Source: Takakia lepidozioides (Eukaryota > Plantae > Bryophyta). From it: 64,000 bases of DNA. Within the stretch, counting starts at the first letter, position 1. Each line of letters opens with the position of its first letter. The translations under genes and the position numbers were made by a program. The stretch covers positions 32,240,001 to 32,304,000 of the forward strand of contig CM060733.1 of assembly GCA_030704615.1 (NCBI GenBank), in the 5' to 3' direction. Positions 23,546-34,611 of this stretch are shown here, in pieces. The notes below the pieces were generated by a model. That model searched no databases, was not told the origin of the DNA, and saw only the letters and a program-made list of their open reading frames with translations.

Positions 23546-26052
23546 TATATATATATATATATATATGACGCCAACCAAAGTCAGCGTAAATAAGAGCCTC
23601 TTCCCCTTGCAGGTATGCCCCCTTTTGGGGGTGGGCTCTATATGTAGCTCGGCTTACTGCGTGCCCAATTGGCCGCTTTCGATCTTACGTTTGTTTAAGA
23701 GATCGGATGGTTGTATAGTGGAGGGTACGTAGTAGGGTAGTTGTAGCTGTATGAGGTAGGTTCAGGTGTTGGTTTAGGGCATCAATGTTGTGGCTATGGG
23801 CTCCTCCTCTTACACCCGCAGTAATAATTGTAAGTGGGGTGGTGTGCCAGCCGTGTTGGCGGAGGGCCAAAATGAGTGGTTTGTATTTTTCGTGTTTGCG
23901 GTGGATTGCTTGATCTGGGTAATGGTCATGACAGAACATGAACTCAATTAAGTGGATAGTAATGGAGGGGCGTGGGCCTGTCGGTGGTGCGGATGAGATA
24001 GGGAGCCCTTGTGCAAGTAGTATGTCGGGACGTAGTCTAGATGGGCAGTGGCATGGGTAGGCATTGCATGAGCAGGTAGGAGCCAATGGGGACTGTAATG
24101 TTGTCTGGTGGTCTTCCCTGGTATGTGCCTGCATTAATTAGGTTGAACCATCTAGAGTTAGGGTGTGATAGGAGTAGTTTTTGGAGGTGCCATATTTCTT
24201 GGTTGTGTCGAGTCCATGCAATATAGATTGTTTGTAATGACGTAGAAGATGTGGCCACGTGTCGACCCGAGGTGGTTGGCTGTAGCACATAGTGCAATGT
24301 TTATTAGGGTAAAGAACTGGCCAGAACAAGTTGCGTCTTTGATTGCCCATATATATTATATTGTCCATAGCGGAATCGGAGTGTTTGCCTGATTTGGGCG
24401 TCAGTAATTTTAACAGATGTCCAAAATTGATTGGATATGCTATGCAAGAGTGTGGGGAGGCGACCCATTTGGAGATATACGAGTTTGTGTAGGTGCGGGA
24501 TGCTTGAATTTGTTCTTTGGTTTCACCCGCGATGAATGTATGTAGGTCTCTGATGGGTGCATTGTCTAGTTGTGTGCTTTTAGTGGAGGATAGCCAAAAA
24601 GGATAGGTATTCGCTATGTGGATCGGGTTGTTTGAGGTTTGGGAAGTAGGTTGGGTAACGCCGAGTTGTGCTAGTTGGTCTGCCACTTCATTTCTTTTGA
24701 TATTTGTGTGGGAGTGGACCTTGTGTAGGTGTATGTGTAATTTGGATGAAGATATGATATCAATGATTGCTTTGATGAGCTGGAGTAAGGCGTCATGTAT
24801 AGCCATGAGTTCTGCACGTAAGATGTTTTGTCTTCCAGGAAGGCGTTTGTATATTTGGGTATTATTGGCAACATTGTACATTCCGTATCCCGCATGTCCG
24901 TCCTTGAGGGAGCCATCTGTGTATATGCATTGCAGTGGGTTAAATTTTAAAAGCGAAGTCCCGAGTGTTATATTCTGGGGGCGGTGGTACATGTAAAAGG
25001 TTTGATGTTGTCCAAGGTTGTTGCGGGGGTGTCGCTTGCCATCACTTGTTTGGGTTGATCCTAGGATATCGGGGGAGGGAGAGTAAGGGTGTGTGTACTG
25101 TGGCAGTTGGGCCGAATAAGCGTTTTAGTATGATGCTCAGGTTCGAGAGGAAGATATTGGATATTTGTGGGTCTTGTTATGGTGGACACATACTAGCTTA
25201 GTTAAGGAGGGTTCTGGGTAGGACATGTACTTTGGCATGGGTGGGGGGTTATCATAGATCAATGTTTGCGGGTCGAATATGGCCATTGTGAATATTCCTG
25301 CAGGGTTTGTCAAGATGGGGTGGTCGCTATTGGTCAGATTGTTGTGTGGGATTAATAAAACAGTAAATGCATTTGTGGATGCATGTGCAGCTATGCGGGC
25401 CCAGTGTAACGCTTCGCCAACTGTGGAGATGTCAGGGGGGTGAGCGAATCCACGTCCTTGCCATTGGTAGGATCTTGCCTGCCCTAGCGAGCCAAAACAT
25501 TGATCAGCTTCATATGGGCTAAAGTAGGTAGTGGCTCGTAGTGGGCATGTGAGGGGGTTGGAGTAGTATGAGTGGGTGAGTTGTAGCTTTGTAGCAAGAA
25601 AATCAAGGAGGGTAGTGGGGAGTGTTGAGTGGGAGTGTGCAGTGTTAAGTTTGCTTGTTGTTGGGGGGCATTTGGGAGGGAGATCTTTCATGTAGTGTTG
25701 CAGCATTCTAGATGTTTCAAGGGCAATGGTCGTGGCTAGGTTTTGGGCATTGAGTCCCTTATGTTTAGGGTTTTGTCGGAATTTGGTCTAGAGCCATGTC
25801 AGTCTGTTGAGTGATATGCTTCCAACATAGAATCCTAATGGTCCGTAAATATGGGCCGTCAGAGTGTGTTTGAATATGGGGGTCGGTTTTTGCAATGTCT
25901 TTGTCTGGGTTGCATTCCACGGTTGAGATATGGATGTTCGTCAAAGTTTCTTGGGGGGCGTATGTAGCAATTGTCCTTGGGTTGTGGTTCTGTAGCATGT
26001 TGTTGGTGGGTATGTGTTAGATATGTGGTATTGGTACGTCTGTGGTAGTCGA
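23546..26052 (-). mobile_element. Dualen/RandI-type non-LTR retrotransposon, copy B (5'-truncated, divergent family): PCIF1-like MTase - RNase H - CCHC - RLE
   Basis: 10-bp TSD tgtgaagtta (23536-23545 and 26053-26062); (TA)n tail at 23546-23566. RNase H: YTDGS..RAELMAI..KVHSH..NEVADQLA. CCHC: HCTMC..DTWPHLL..TRHN. RLE: RLRPDILL..LIEFMFCHD..RKHEKYKPL (ORF 23685..24134). Colinear with copy A. Confidence 0.9.
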
Positions 26053-26130
26053 TGTGAAGTTACACACTACAATCATCTTTCAAGATGCAAAGGTTCAAAG
26101 ACAAACTTTATCACCAATTAGTAATGCTTT

Positions 26131-26739
26131 AGGGTTGGTATCTTGGTGAGTATGCTCACGTGACCACAACCCACGGTCATGGGGGTTGTATGTTTTTAAA
26201 CCGCGGTCATAGGAGTTACATGTTTGAGGCACGGTGCATTTATAGGGTACAGTTACACCAAAAGGATAAACTATTTGATCTATCTTTCAATTTCGCATTG
26301 AGTAATTAAAATTAAGTAGTAGTTTCGGGAATGAGAGTTTCAATTTCGCATTGAGAAATTAAAATTAAGTAGTAGTTTCGGGAATGAGAGATTCGTCTCG
26401 ATAAATTATCCATGGGACGTGACAACCTTTAAGGTCTCTTGGAGTCTCTACGCCCTTTTCTCGAGTCTATCATGGAAAGGGCCTAGTACCGGGTGAGCAT
26501 ATCGCAAGGAAATCCCACGCCTATAGGGTAACATGTATATCATGTATAGGGATTACTTGTTTCTTAAGTGTTGGTGCGAGAGCCTATGTGAGCAGTTAAA
26601 CATAGTTTCACAAATGTTTTTATTTCTCAATTTTGGTTTCGCTGTCGAGAGCATCTTAGGAACATTTGGAATATGCGCCTGAGCTCGGGTGAGCATGCGC
26701 CTGTGCTAGCGTGAGCATGCTCACCCGCTACCCAACCTC
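26131..26739. mobile_element. MITE with imperfect ~30-bp TIRs and an internal ~53-bp tandem duplication
   Basis: Left end agggttggtatcttggtgagtatgctcacg; right end gcgtgagcatgctcacccgctacccaacctc. Related ends occur at ~4318 and ~38010-38043. Duplicated unit at 26286-26390. TSD unclear. Confidence 0.55.
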
Positions 26740-28391
26740 GTTTTCAATCAGTACTTAAAATGACCAACTATAATATCGAACCCTAGATAGACATAAATAC
26801 ACGATGAAATATTCAAGTTCTGTAAATAACTCCATGCATTCTATTTATTAAACCAAACATAAACTATAATGCATCATGCTATAATTTGATATTTAGCCTT
26901 ACATATCTGTTATGATGTTAAATATGTATGCACTACATTTCTCTACTCTCGAGGTGTAGCACATACAGTTACATGCAAGCCCTATCCTGCTCACCACAAC
27001 CTGTCATGCATGCATAAAGTTATCCATCCAGGGATTTCATTCATTTACATATATAATGAAGTACTCCCGCTACGCCTGTCTTGAACTAATTCGAAACTGC
27101 AACGCGGGCATCGGTGCTAAATATCAAAACCATTTGCGTAGTCCGGCCTTAGGAAGGCACGGCCAATAATCCAAGAAAATGGTCCACCAGCTCATCAGAC
27201 AGAAATCCTGTGAACAACTTTTTTGGGGTGGCAATGTTCTGCCCGACTTCTGGTCTGCACGTCTGGACAGACCTCAAAGATGTTTGTCTCTGTGTAGCCT
27301 GTGCGTGTGGAGACTCAGTGGACCAACTCCTCAAAGGAAACTTCTAGACATTACAGGTGGAGGTTTAGTCTTGGTTGCTCCAAAGAGTAAGCCAAAAAAC
27401 AGACAGACAAGGGTACCCAGATATCGCAGGAAGAAACCAGGCTAAAGTCCAGGTTTTTGATCCTCAGAAGGTCCCGGGAAAATCTCTTGTGCCTTGTGGA
27501 GGGGCGACAAAAGTTGTGAAGGAAGCCTCCAAGAGTCCCCTCAAATTGCCTGCCTACCAAAAGTGTGTATGCAAACAACTTCTCGTTGAGAAAAAGTTCC
27601 ACGCTCCTGCCAAGCACCAGGCATTCAGAACAAATTAGAGCCGAAGCACAAAAAACTGTTACTAAAGACAAATGTTTGCTGTGCCAGACAGGACATATGA
27701 AGTTGAAGTGTGTTTAGCGTCCAGCAAAGTCACAGAGCCTACTGCTGTCGAGGGGCCAATGCACAGTTGAAGGCACGTGTTGAAGGATTGAGCCAGGATC
27801 ACCCTGGTTATGCACAGGCAAGGCACACCCAAACCACTCAAGCAGAGGCCAATAGTGGTAGTGATTGACACTATACTTTTGATGACATGGTCCCATGCCC
27901 AAAAACAACTATTGCTGAAGGGATTGTTTAGGATTGAACGCCTCATGCAGATATGTTGCTAAGCATTTCTGATCCTTGTAGTAGAACAAATAGAACGAAA
28001 TGAAAATGTTACTTCAGAAAGAAAGAAAGAAGGGAAGGAAGGAAGGAGAATCATACGGTCAAGGTGAAGCTAAACACCCACCGGAAAGTAAGAAAAAGGA
28101 AAGTTGTATGATGTTGCATCGGCCATGCTTGCCTTGCCTTTGTGAGCATATAGACTGAACTGAAGGGAGGAAGGAAAGTGGATGGGAAGATGGAATACAG
28201 CATTGAGATCAGAAATGGACAAACAATACTGATCACAATACCTCAGATTTGCCTCAATTGTCCACACAGACTTCCATTTGAGATACAGACATTGATATGT
28301 TCCAATTTGACACCTGCTCAATGTTGGGTTAGTGATCTGATGACAGTGGGTTTTGATGGAAGAGAGAGTCAAACATATCCAGATCTTCACC

Positions 28392-31300
28392 TCAGCCACA
28401 CCTCCTGCTTTGATAAGACTCAAGTAAATGAGCTCTCTCCTCCTTAAGCTTCAGCTCAAATAAGAGTGCTGCTGCATGCTGCTGCCGTTTGAATGCCATG
28501 CGCCGCTCATGGTGCTGTTGTTGGAGCTTGACACGCTGGGCTTCATAAGCTTCAGCGTCCCGGAGGCTCCCTTCCACCATCTCTGTCTGCCTTGCTATCT
28601 CTTCCTTCCTACATGTCAAGTGATTTGATTTCACTCATAGTGTTCACATGAAAGTTTGTTGATTAGAAGTAAACTTTGGTGGATTGTAATAAGCACATTG
28701 AAGCTCTGGTGACTTCACTAAACCTTGAAGTTCCTCGAGTTCCTAAGGAGCTTCAAATGTCCATGGGAAGCTTCTCCTCTTAGTGAAAAACTTCAGCAAG
28801 GAATTGGCGTCCCCAAATAGACGATGATATATACCATGGATCTCGTAGTAGAGAGCACAGTGAAATAAAAAATGTTCTTAGGTCTCTCTCCCGTCTGCTC
28901 TAGTGCGAGAAGGGCACAAGTGGTCATCACGCTCCAGGTTATCCCATCTACCAGTCTCAGTCCCCTAACGGCCGTGGAGATAGAGCTGCAGACTGTTGGA
29001 AAACCACTGGCGTGTGGTCGGGCTAGGGATTGAACCTAGGACCTCCCCCATTCCGGTGGGGTGCTCTACCACTGAGCTACCCGTCCCTTTCTGTTCTCAG
29101 AGTGACGTGCAAGGGCTATAGCCTTGACACCTCCAACACTCCCCCTCAAGGCATAGCCCTTATAGCTGATGCCCACCCATTCTGACCACCGCCCCAACCT
29201 TGGCTCTGATACCATGTTGAAAAACCACTGGCGTGTGGTCGGGCTAGGGATTGAACCTAGGACCTCCCCCATTCCGGTGGGGTGCTCTACCACTGAGCTA
29301 CCCGTCCCTTTCTGTTCTCAGAGTGACGTGCAAGGGCTATAGCCTTGACACCTCCAACACAGACAACTAATTGGGCTGTAGGGACCTAGGACCAGGAAGG
29401 CTGTTGTGGCAGAACTACAGTTTTGGAGTAAGATTCTGTACTTTCAAGGTCAAGCTGAACACGAAGTTTCATCAGCTCCTGTCCAATAAACTTGCAATGG
29501 TCAAGTTTGGAAGAACTTTTCAACTGTTGTAGCAGTAGGGATGCGAAGGATAAGCCATGTTGCTTAAAGAACATGGAGACCCGAGCATACCAACAGGTCT
29601 TTCAACCAAGACTGAAGGATGTGAGGGCACGACCTGGCGACCACTTTGGGGAAGAGATCGCACGAAAGAAAGAAAGAAATTTATTACGTATGTGCAGCCC
29701 AAAGTGTCCGAGATCATGCGTAGAATGAGAGTAGAACCAGCAGAAAGCACAAGTACTTCTCAAATTCACAAATGGCAACAAGCTACAAAGAAATATACTT
29801 AAGAGAGTTTTGTTTCTACAATATTAGTGGGGAAGCACAGACATCAATGAGCAACTCAGACTGCTGTACAAGTGTATAGGAAGGAAAAACAAGAAAGAAG
29901 AGAGAGAGTACAAGGCCTGTTGTTCTTGCTGTTCATCCATGGAAAGGCCAGTGTTCTTGGGAATGTCCCTGTGCTTCACTTCCAGCTGCTGGCATTGTTG
30001 CAAATGTGTTGCTTCAAATTTCTCTCTCAAATTCTGCAGCTGTATCTCCTTCTGACTGACCTCATCCATCATCTGATCCCTCTCAACTCTGAAGAACTCT
30101 TCCAGGTCGACTTGCTGCATGCAACCCACACAATCATAGGTTGCATCAAATGTACATTTTCTTTGTATGCAGAACCTTATTAATTTGGATCTCTATATGG
30201 GAAAAATACAAAACTAGGCATTCATTAGAATCACTCAAGCTTACCTCCTGTTTGTTTCTGGAATGTTGCTCCTCAGCACGGCCCCGGAGGATCTGGAGCT
30301 CTTGCTCACGTAACTGCAAATTGCGGGAAACCACACTCACAGTTCTCTTCAGAGTTTTACAGACTTCCTTCTCTTGGTCCACCTTAGTCTGCAGGCGCAG
30401 CACTTGCTGCTTGTCTGTGTGCATGTGCTGCAGTGGCTTCACCACCATCTCTTGCAATTTCTTCAGCTCATACTTCAACACTGTTTTCCCTGCCATAGCA
30501 CCACATCTGGGTCATCACAGTCCTGTTACAATAAGTTTGTCACCAAGAGTACTAAACAATCCCTCTTTCATCAAGAAAAAGAGTTGATTGAAGCGCAGCA
30601 TTAACTGGATATCATGACGTCAGCTACTGCTACCATAGCCCTCTATCCTATATGCAAATGGTAATATGTGGCTGTGCTACACCCTCAGTCACACTGTAGA
30701 GGAACAAGGCCCTCTGGATAGCAGAAGTTTGGCATGTCACTGTGAGGCTACACTCTTCCCTCATACTCCTGACTGGCAGGAGTATGAAATATTGTTACAC
30801 AACATGTCTGGAAATTTTGCTTGAAATTACTGACTGATGTAAGAACAAAAGGAACATGCACCTTTGCAATGTCTGTTGAAGATCTCAATGTCTTCTTTGT
30901 CAGCCATGTAGCCATAAAGAATGCGGCTACCACCACTCCCTGGGTGAAAGAGGAGTTTGCCTGGAGAGTCCCAATTTTCTCTTCCACGCCTCACATCTTT
31001 GAAGTGCTTGTCGAGACGTTGGGCATCATGGTACCCAGTGGGAGACTCTCCAAACACCAGCAGGCTCATGCCACGGTGACCTTGGGGCCCATAAGCATGC
31101 CGAGGCTTCTTGGGATTGTATTCCTTGAAGTAGTCTAGCAGCTCTTTGTTACCCATGCCTAGCCACTGCATTTAAAAATCCACTGTCAACCTTTTCAGAT
31201 AATGCTATGTGCAGTCTTGGGTCTCAAAGCTATACCCAATCGACAAGTTTAAGAGAGGTGGAAGACTCATAAGCCTCATTTGTCTCACGAAAGTACAAAA

Positions 31301-34300
31301 TGTACCCTAGAGAGCTCAAAATACTGATATACAGAAACATTCATCTGCAATCGAAGGACTGAGAAGAGGTTCCGGCGGTAGTAACCTGACAATGAACTAT
31401 GCATCATCCCACATTACACATTTTGGGTCTGCCTTTGTTTGTTTGTTTGCATACCTTTTCTTCATCATCAAGCTCCAACTTTGTGTTTTGAATGACAACC
31501 ATGGGTGGCCATACAATCAAGGCATCTTGTGCTTCACTGTCATTATGAAGCCCTGTCCATTTGCCAAACATGCTCCCTCCAATACTTAGGCTTGCTCCTT
31601 GCAGCCGCAATTCTTCCTCCAAAACTTCTGCGAACTTGCAATGCAGCTTCACTCGCCTTGATCTTGTAGTCTGTGCATGGGCAAGAAGAGGCCCCAAACC
31701 CTTGAACCAATCAATGGCACCCACACCACCCTTGCAGACAGGGCAGTGCCACTGCCGGCCTAGATCATTCACCTGCTTCGCATCCAAGCAATCCATTTCC
31801 TGAAAGAAGTCGCGGAACCATTTGACCTTCTTTTGGGTGTCGTGACTCTTCTCTGTTGAATCTGAGTCCCAATCCTCGTCACTCACAAAGGCATAATCAC
31901 TATCGTCTTCTAGATCATCCAGGTCCGAGCACTGGCTGTCTGAGTGGACATTGACTGGGTAGTGATCATACAGAGGTGTCCCATCCTCAGCTTGCAGAAA
32001 AGGAATCCCACCAGTGGGGCCATCTGACACAGTTGGATGACAAAGTTGAGTGAGTTGGCATAAATGGTATGGAATTGAAGCATGCACCCCTGAACTCTTG
32101 CCATTTGTACGATGTGGTGACTGTAACAGTATTTATTGAAGCAATGATCTTCTAATTGGGTTGGAAGAGAATTGATGCAGCTACACTGGTATGAACCATG
32201 CTCTACATATTAGACATCCACGACAATGTCATATGCTTAATGTCAAGAGTACCTGCACGCTGTTCGATAGAAATTTGAACCTCCTCTGCCGGTAAAAGCT
32301 TCTGGAATATGGCTGCAGTATCTACCTTGGACCCTGGCTTCAAGGTGCTGCTGTTTGGTTTAGAGCTGGCAACATCTGATTGATTGTGAACACCTACATT
32401 CTGCAAACCATTTTCAAGATGAGTTGCCAGACCCCGCCCTTTGACATTTTCCCATCCATTGTCTCGTGTCGGTCCCCCTGTGGATGAACCTTGCTGTCTT
32501 CTAGTCCGAACCTGTCCTTTTGGTGTCACAGGGGCACTTGCCCCACCCAATCTTCTACCATTGACCTCAAGGTCAACCCTTCCCAAGGCCTCCATCTTTG
32601 CATTTTGATTCTTCTCTTGCATTCTATTGTTCTGGAATTTCCCTCTCCCTGCTTGTGTTTGTGGTGGATCTCGTGGTGGATCTGAGCTCTTTCCTCTACC
32701 TTTAGTCACTGTTTTCCACCCTGCATCACTTGCCATGTGTTCAAGTGAGGCTTTCCCATTCTGTGGATGGCCCTTCCCCCCAGGCAGGTATAATCCATTT
32801 CCGGCAATCCCTAGACCTCCATCATTTGCCTTGCCACGTGTATCTGTACCACCAAGAATTTTCCCTGAATTCCTCGCTGGCACAGGGGACCATTCATTGC
32901 TGTCCACATGCAAGGGTTTGGAGTCCCATCCCTTGACCAGTCCATCCCATCCATCTGTAAAGGAGGGACCTGCAGTAAGTGCGCGTCTGTCAAACTCATG
33001 AAGAACGCAGCCACACACAGCTTCCCATGCAATTGTGGCTTCTGCATGTTATCTTGTTATTTTGGGCTGCCGCAGGTTATCTCAAACTCAAGAAAAACCC
33101 AGCAACACAGCTTCCCAAGTGATTGTGGCTTCTGCAGAGTCTCATTATGACTGCCACAGGATAGAGGGTGACAGAGCCATGTGATTGGTACAACTGAAGT
33201 GCAGCCCCGAACTTATGCAGGTGGACTATACTGCTTTATCTGGATGAGTTTTGCACTGGCAATAAGTACATCGAGACATTAATTAGTGCACAGAAAGTGC
33301 AAACATGCACTATCCGAGAAGGTTGATTGCTGCTACAGCATTGTAAAGCTCCCAAGAAATTTGGGTTGACTGCTTAGAAGCTAGTGTCAAAGTAAAAGCA
33401 CAATTTCCTACTCATAACCATTTCAGAAGGAAAGACATCACACACATCAACTTGCAAATTAGTGGGCCTCATGATGAAGACAACAGTTTCTACCTGCATC
33501 TGTGTGCCAACCAGAAGGCACTGGGGATGATGACACAGTGACTGTACTCAGCTTCTGAGCATACTGCATGCCCTTTCGGCCGTGGGCAGAATCTCCAGCC
33601 TCCCAATCTGAGACTCTCATACTGCTTTCACCTTGAGCTGGGCTGCTAGATAGGTCTTGCAAATGCAGGATACCATTTGCATCCGACACTCCATGACTAT
33701 GTCCTGACCATGTCACCAAGTGAAGATTAGAAGTCTCGCTCTTTAAAAATTTCAGGGGAGGGAAAATTATACCATGCCTTTTGCTTTGTGCCTCCCAAGC
33801 AATGCCTCACTATTCTGGTCAGTCCAGGACTTGCACTCTTTGACATGGGGCGCCATATCTCTTGACTCATCACCTCGCCTGGAAAGGTATCTCCAGAATA
33901 TTGGGTTGTCGATTGATAACCAGAGGGACCAATTCACGAAATGCGTGTGGTTCAAGAAAGTGCGACTAAGAAGTGATATGTTCAAACAACCAGCCTGAGA
34001 GAATCCTTTTACAATGTCTTACCAGTTGATCCTCCTCCACTAGCTTGTTGACCGTTCTCTCCTTTGCTTAGTGCCTTATTGAATGAGGAGTCGCTGTCAC
34101 GTGCCCCTTTCTTCCCCTTCTTCTTTTTCTTGTGCTTTGTTTTCTTTATCTCTCTCTCTGGAGAGTCAGCCTTAGGTCGGCCTGTCCAGCCATTCATTTC
34201 ATGCTCTTCTTCAACCTGGCTGGCCCATGACAACTTGGCACCTAACTGCGATGTTGAGGGGCAGCCCGAATCAATGCCCTTACTTTCTTCCAATACCACC

Positions 34301-34611
34301 TTTTTGCCTTCACCTGTTGCTGCAGTCTCACCATCTGCTTTTCCATACTCCAATTTAGCATCAGAGGGAATTATAGTAGTCGCACAGAGGCCTACTGCAG
34401 TCTCATTCGTCATGGTCCTATTCTCAGTTGGGGATTTAGCGCCTACTGCCAAATCATTTGATGGATTCGACAACACACTCAGAGTGTCTGTGAGTGTCAT
34501 TTGCATTGTAACATTCTCTGCCAGGCCATCCACCGACGCAGCTTGTTTTCCAGTGGTCGGGATTGTTGACCATTGAGCTTCGATCCCGGACAGGTAAAAA
34601 GAAGGTCCCAA
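28392..34611 (-). CDS. SGS3: SUPPRESSOR OF GENE SILENCING 3-like protein (long disordered N-terminus, zf-XS, XS, coiled coil). Inferred exons: ~34023-34611(?), 33494-33703(?), 32253-32969, 31455-32023, 30862-31165, 30245-30489, 29912-30114, 28392-28608
   Basis: zf-XS WHCPVCKGGVGAIDWFKGLGPLLAHA; XS IVWPPMVVIQNT..WLGMGNKELLDYF..HAYGPQGHRGMSLLVF..LYGYMA. GT-AG junctions are phase-consistent for the six downstream exons. The start codon and first exons are uncertain. Confidence 0.9.
29015..29086 (-). ncRNA. tRNA-like sequence (Pol III A/B boxes) within the TRIM 3' LTR; not a canonical tRNA gene
   Basis: GGACGGG-TA-GCTC AGTGGTA GAGC-A-CCCCA CCGGAA TGGGG-GAGGTC-CTAGG TTCAATC CCTAG-CCCGACCA folds into a cloverleaf, with a 6-nt anticodon loop and one acceptor-stem mismatch. 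Confidence 0.8.
29236..29307 (-). ncRNA. Second, identical tRNA-like sequence within the TRIM 5' LTR
   Basis: Identical to 29015-29086. Confidence 0.8.

Larger units (their letters stand above)
28994..29359 (-). mobile_element. TRIM (366 bp) with a tRNA-like sequence in each LTR (Helenus-type), inside the last SGS3 intron
   Basis: 145-bp LTRs at 28994-29138 and 29215-29359 differ at one position by eye; 5-bp TSD cagac; the 76-bp internal region holds a Met-i PBS (tggtatcagagcc) and a PPT (cttgagggggag). Confidence 0.95.

Noticed and set aside
27149-28390. Short ORFs downstream of the SGS3 stop codon
   Set aside because: No recognisable domain; probably 3' UTR, intron or intergenic sequence.
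29015-29307. Two tandem tRNA genes
   Set aside because: They have a 6-nt anticodon loop and an acceptor-stem mismatch, and both lie within the LTRs of a TRIM that has PBS, PPT and TSD.
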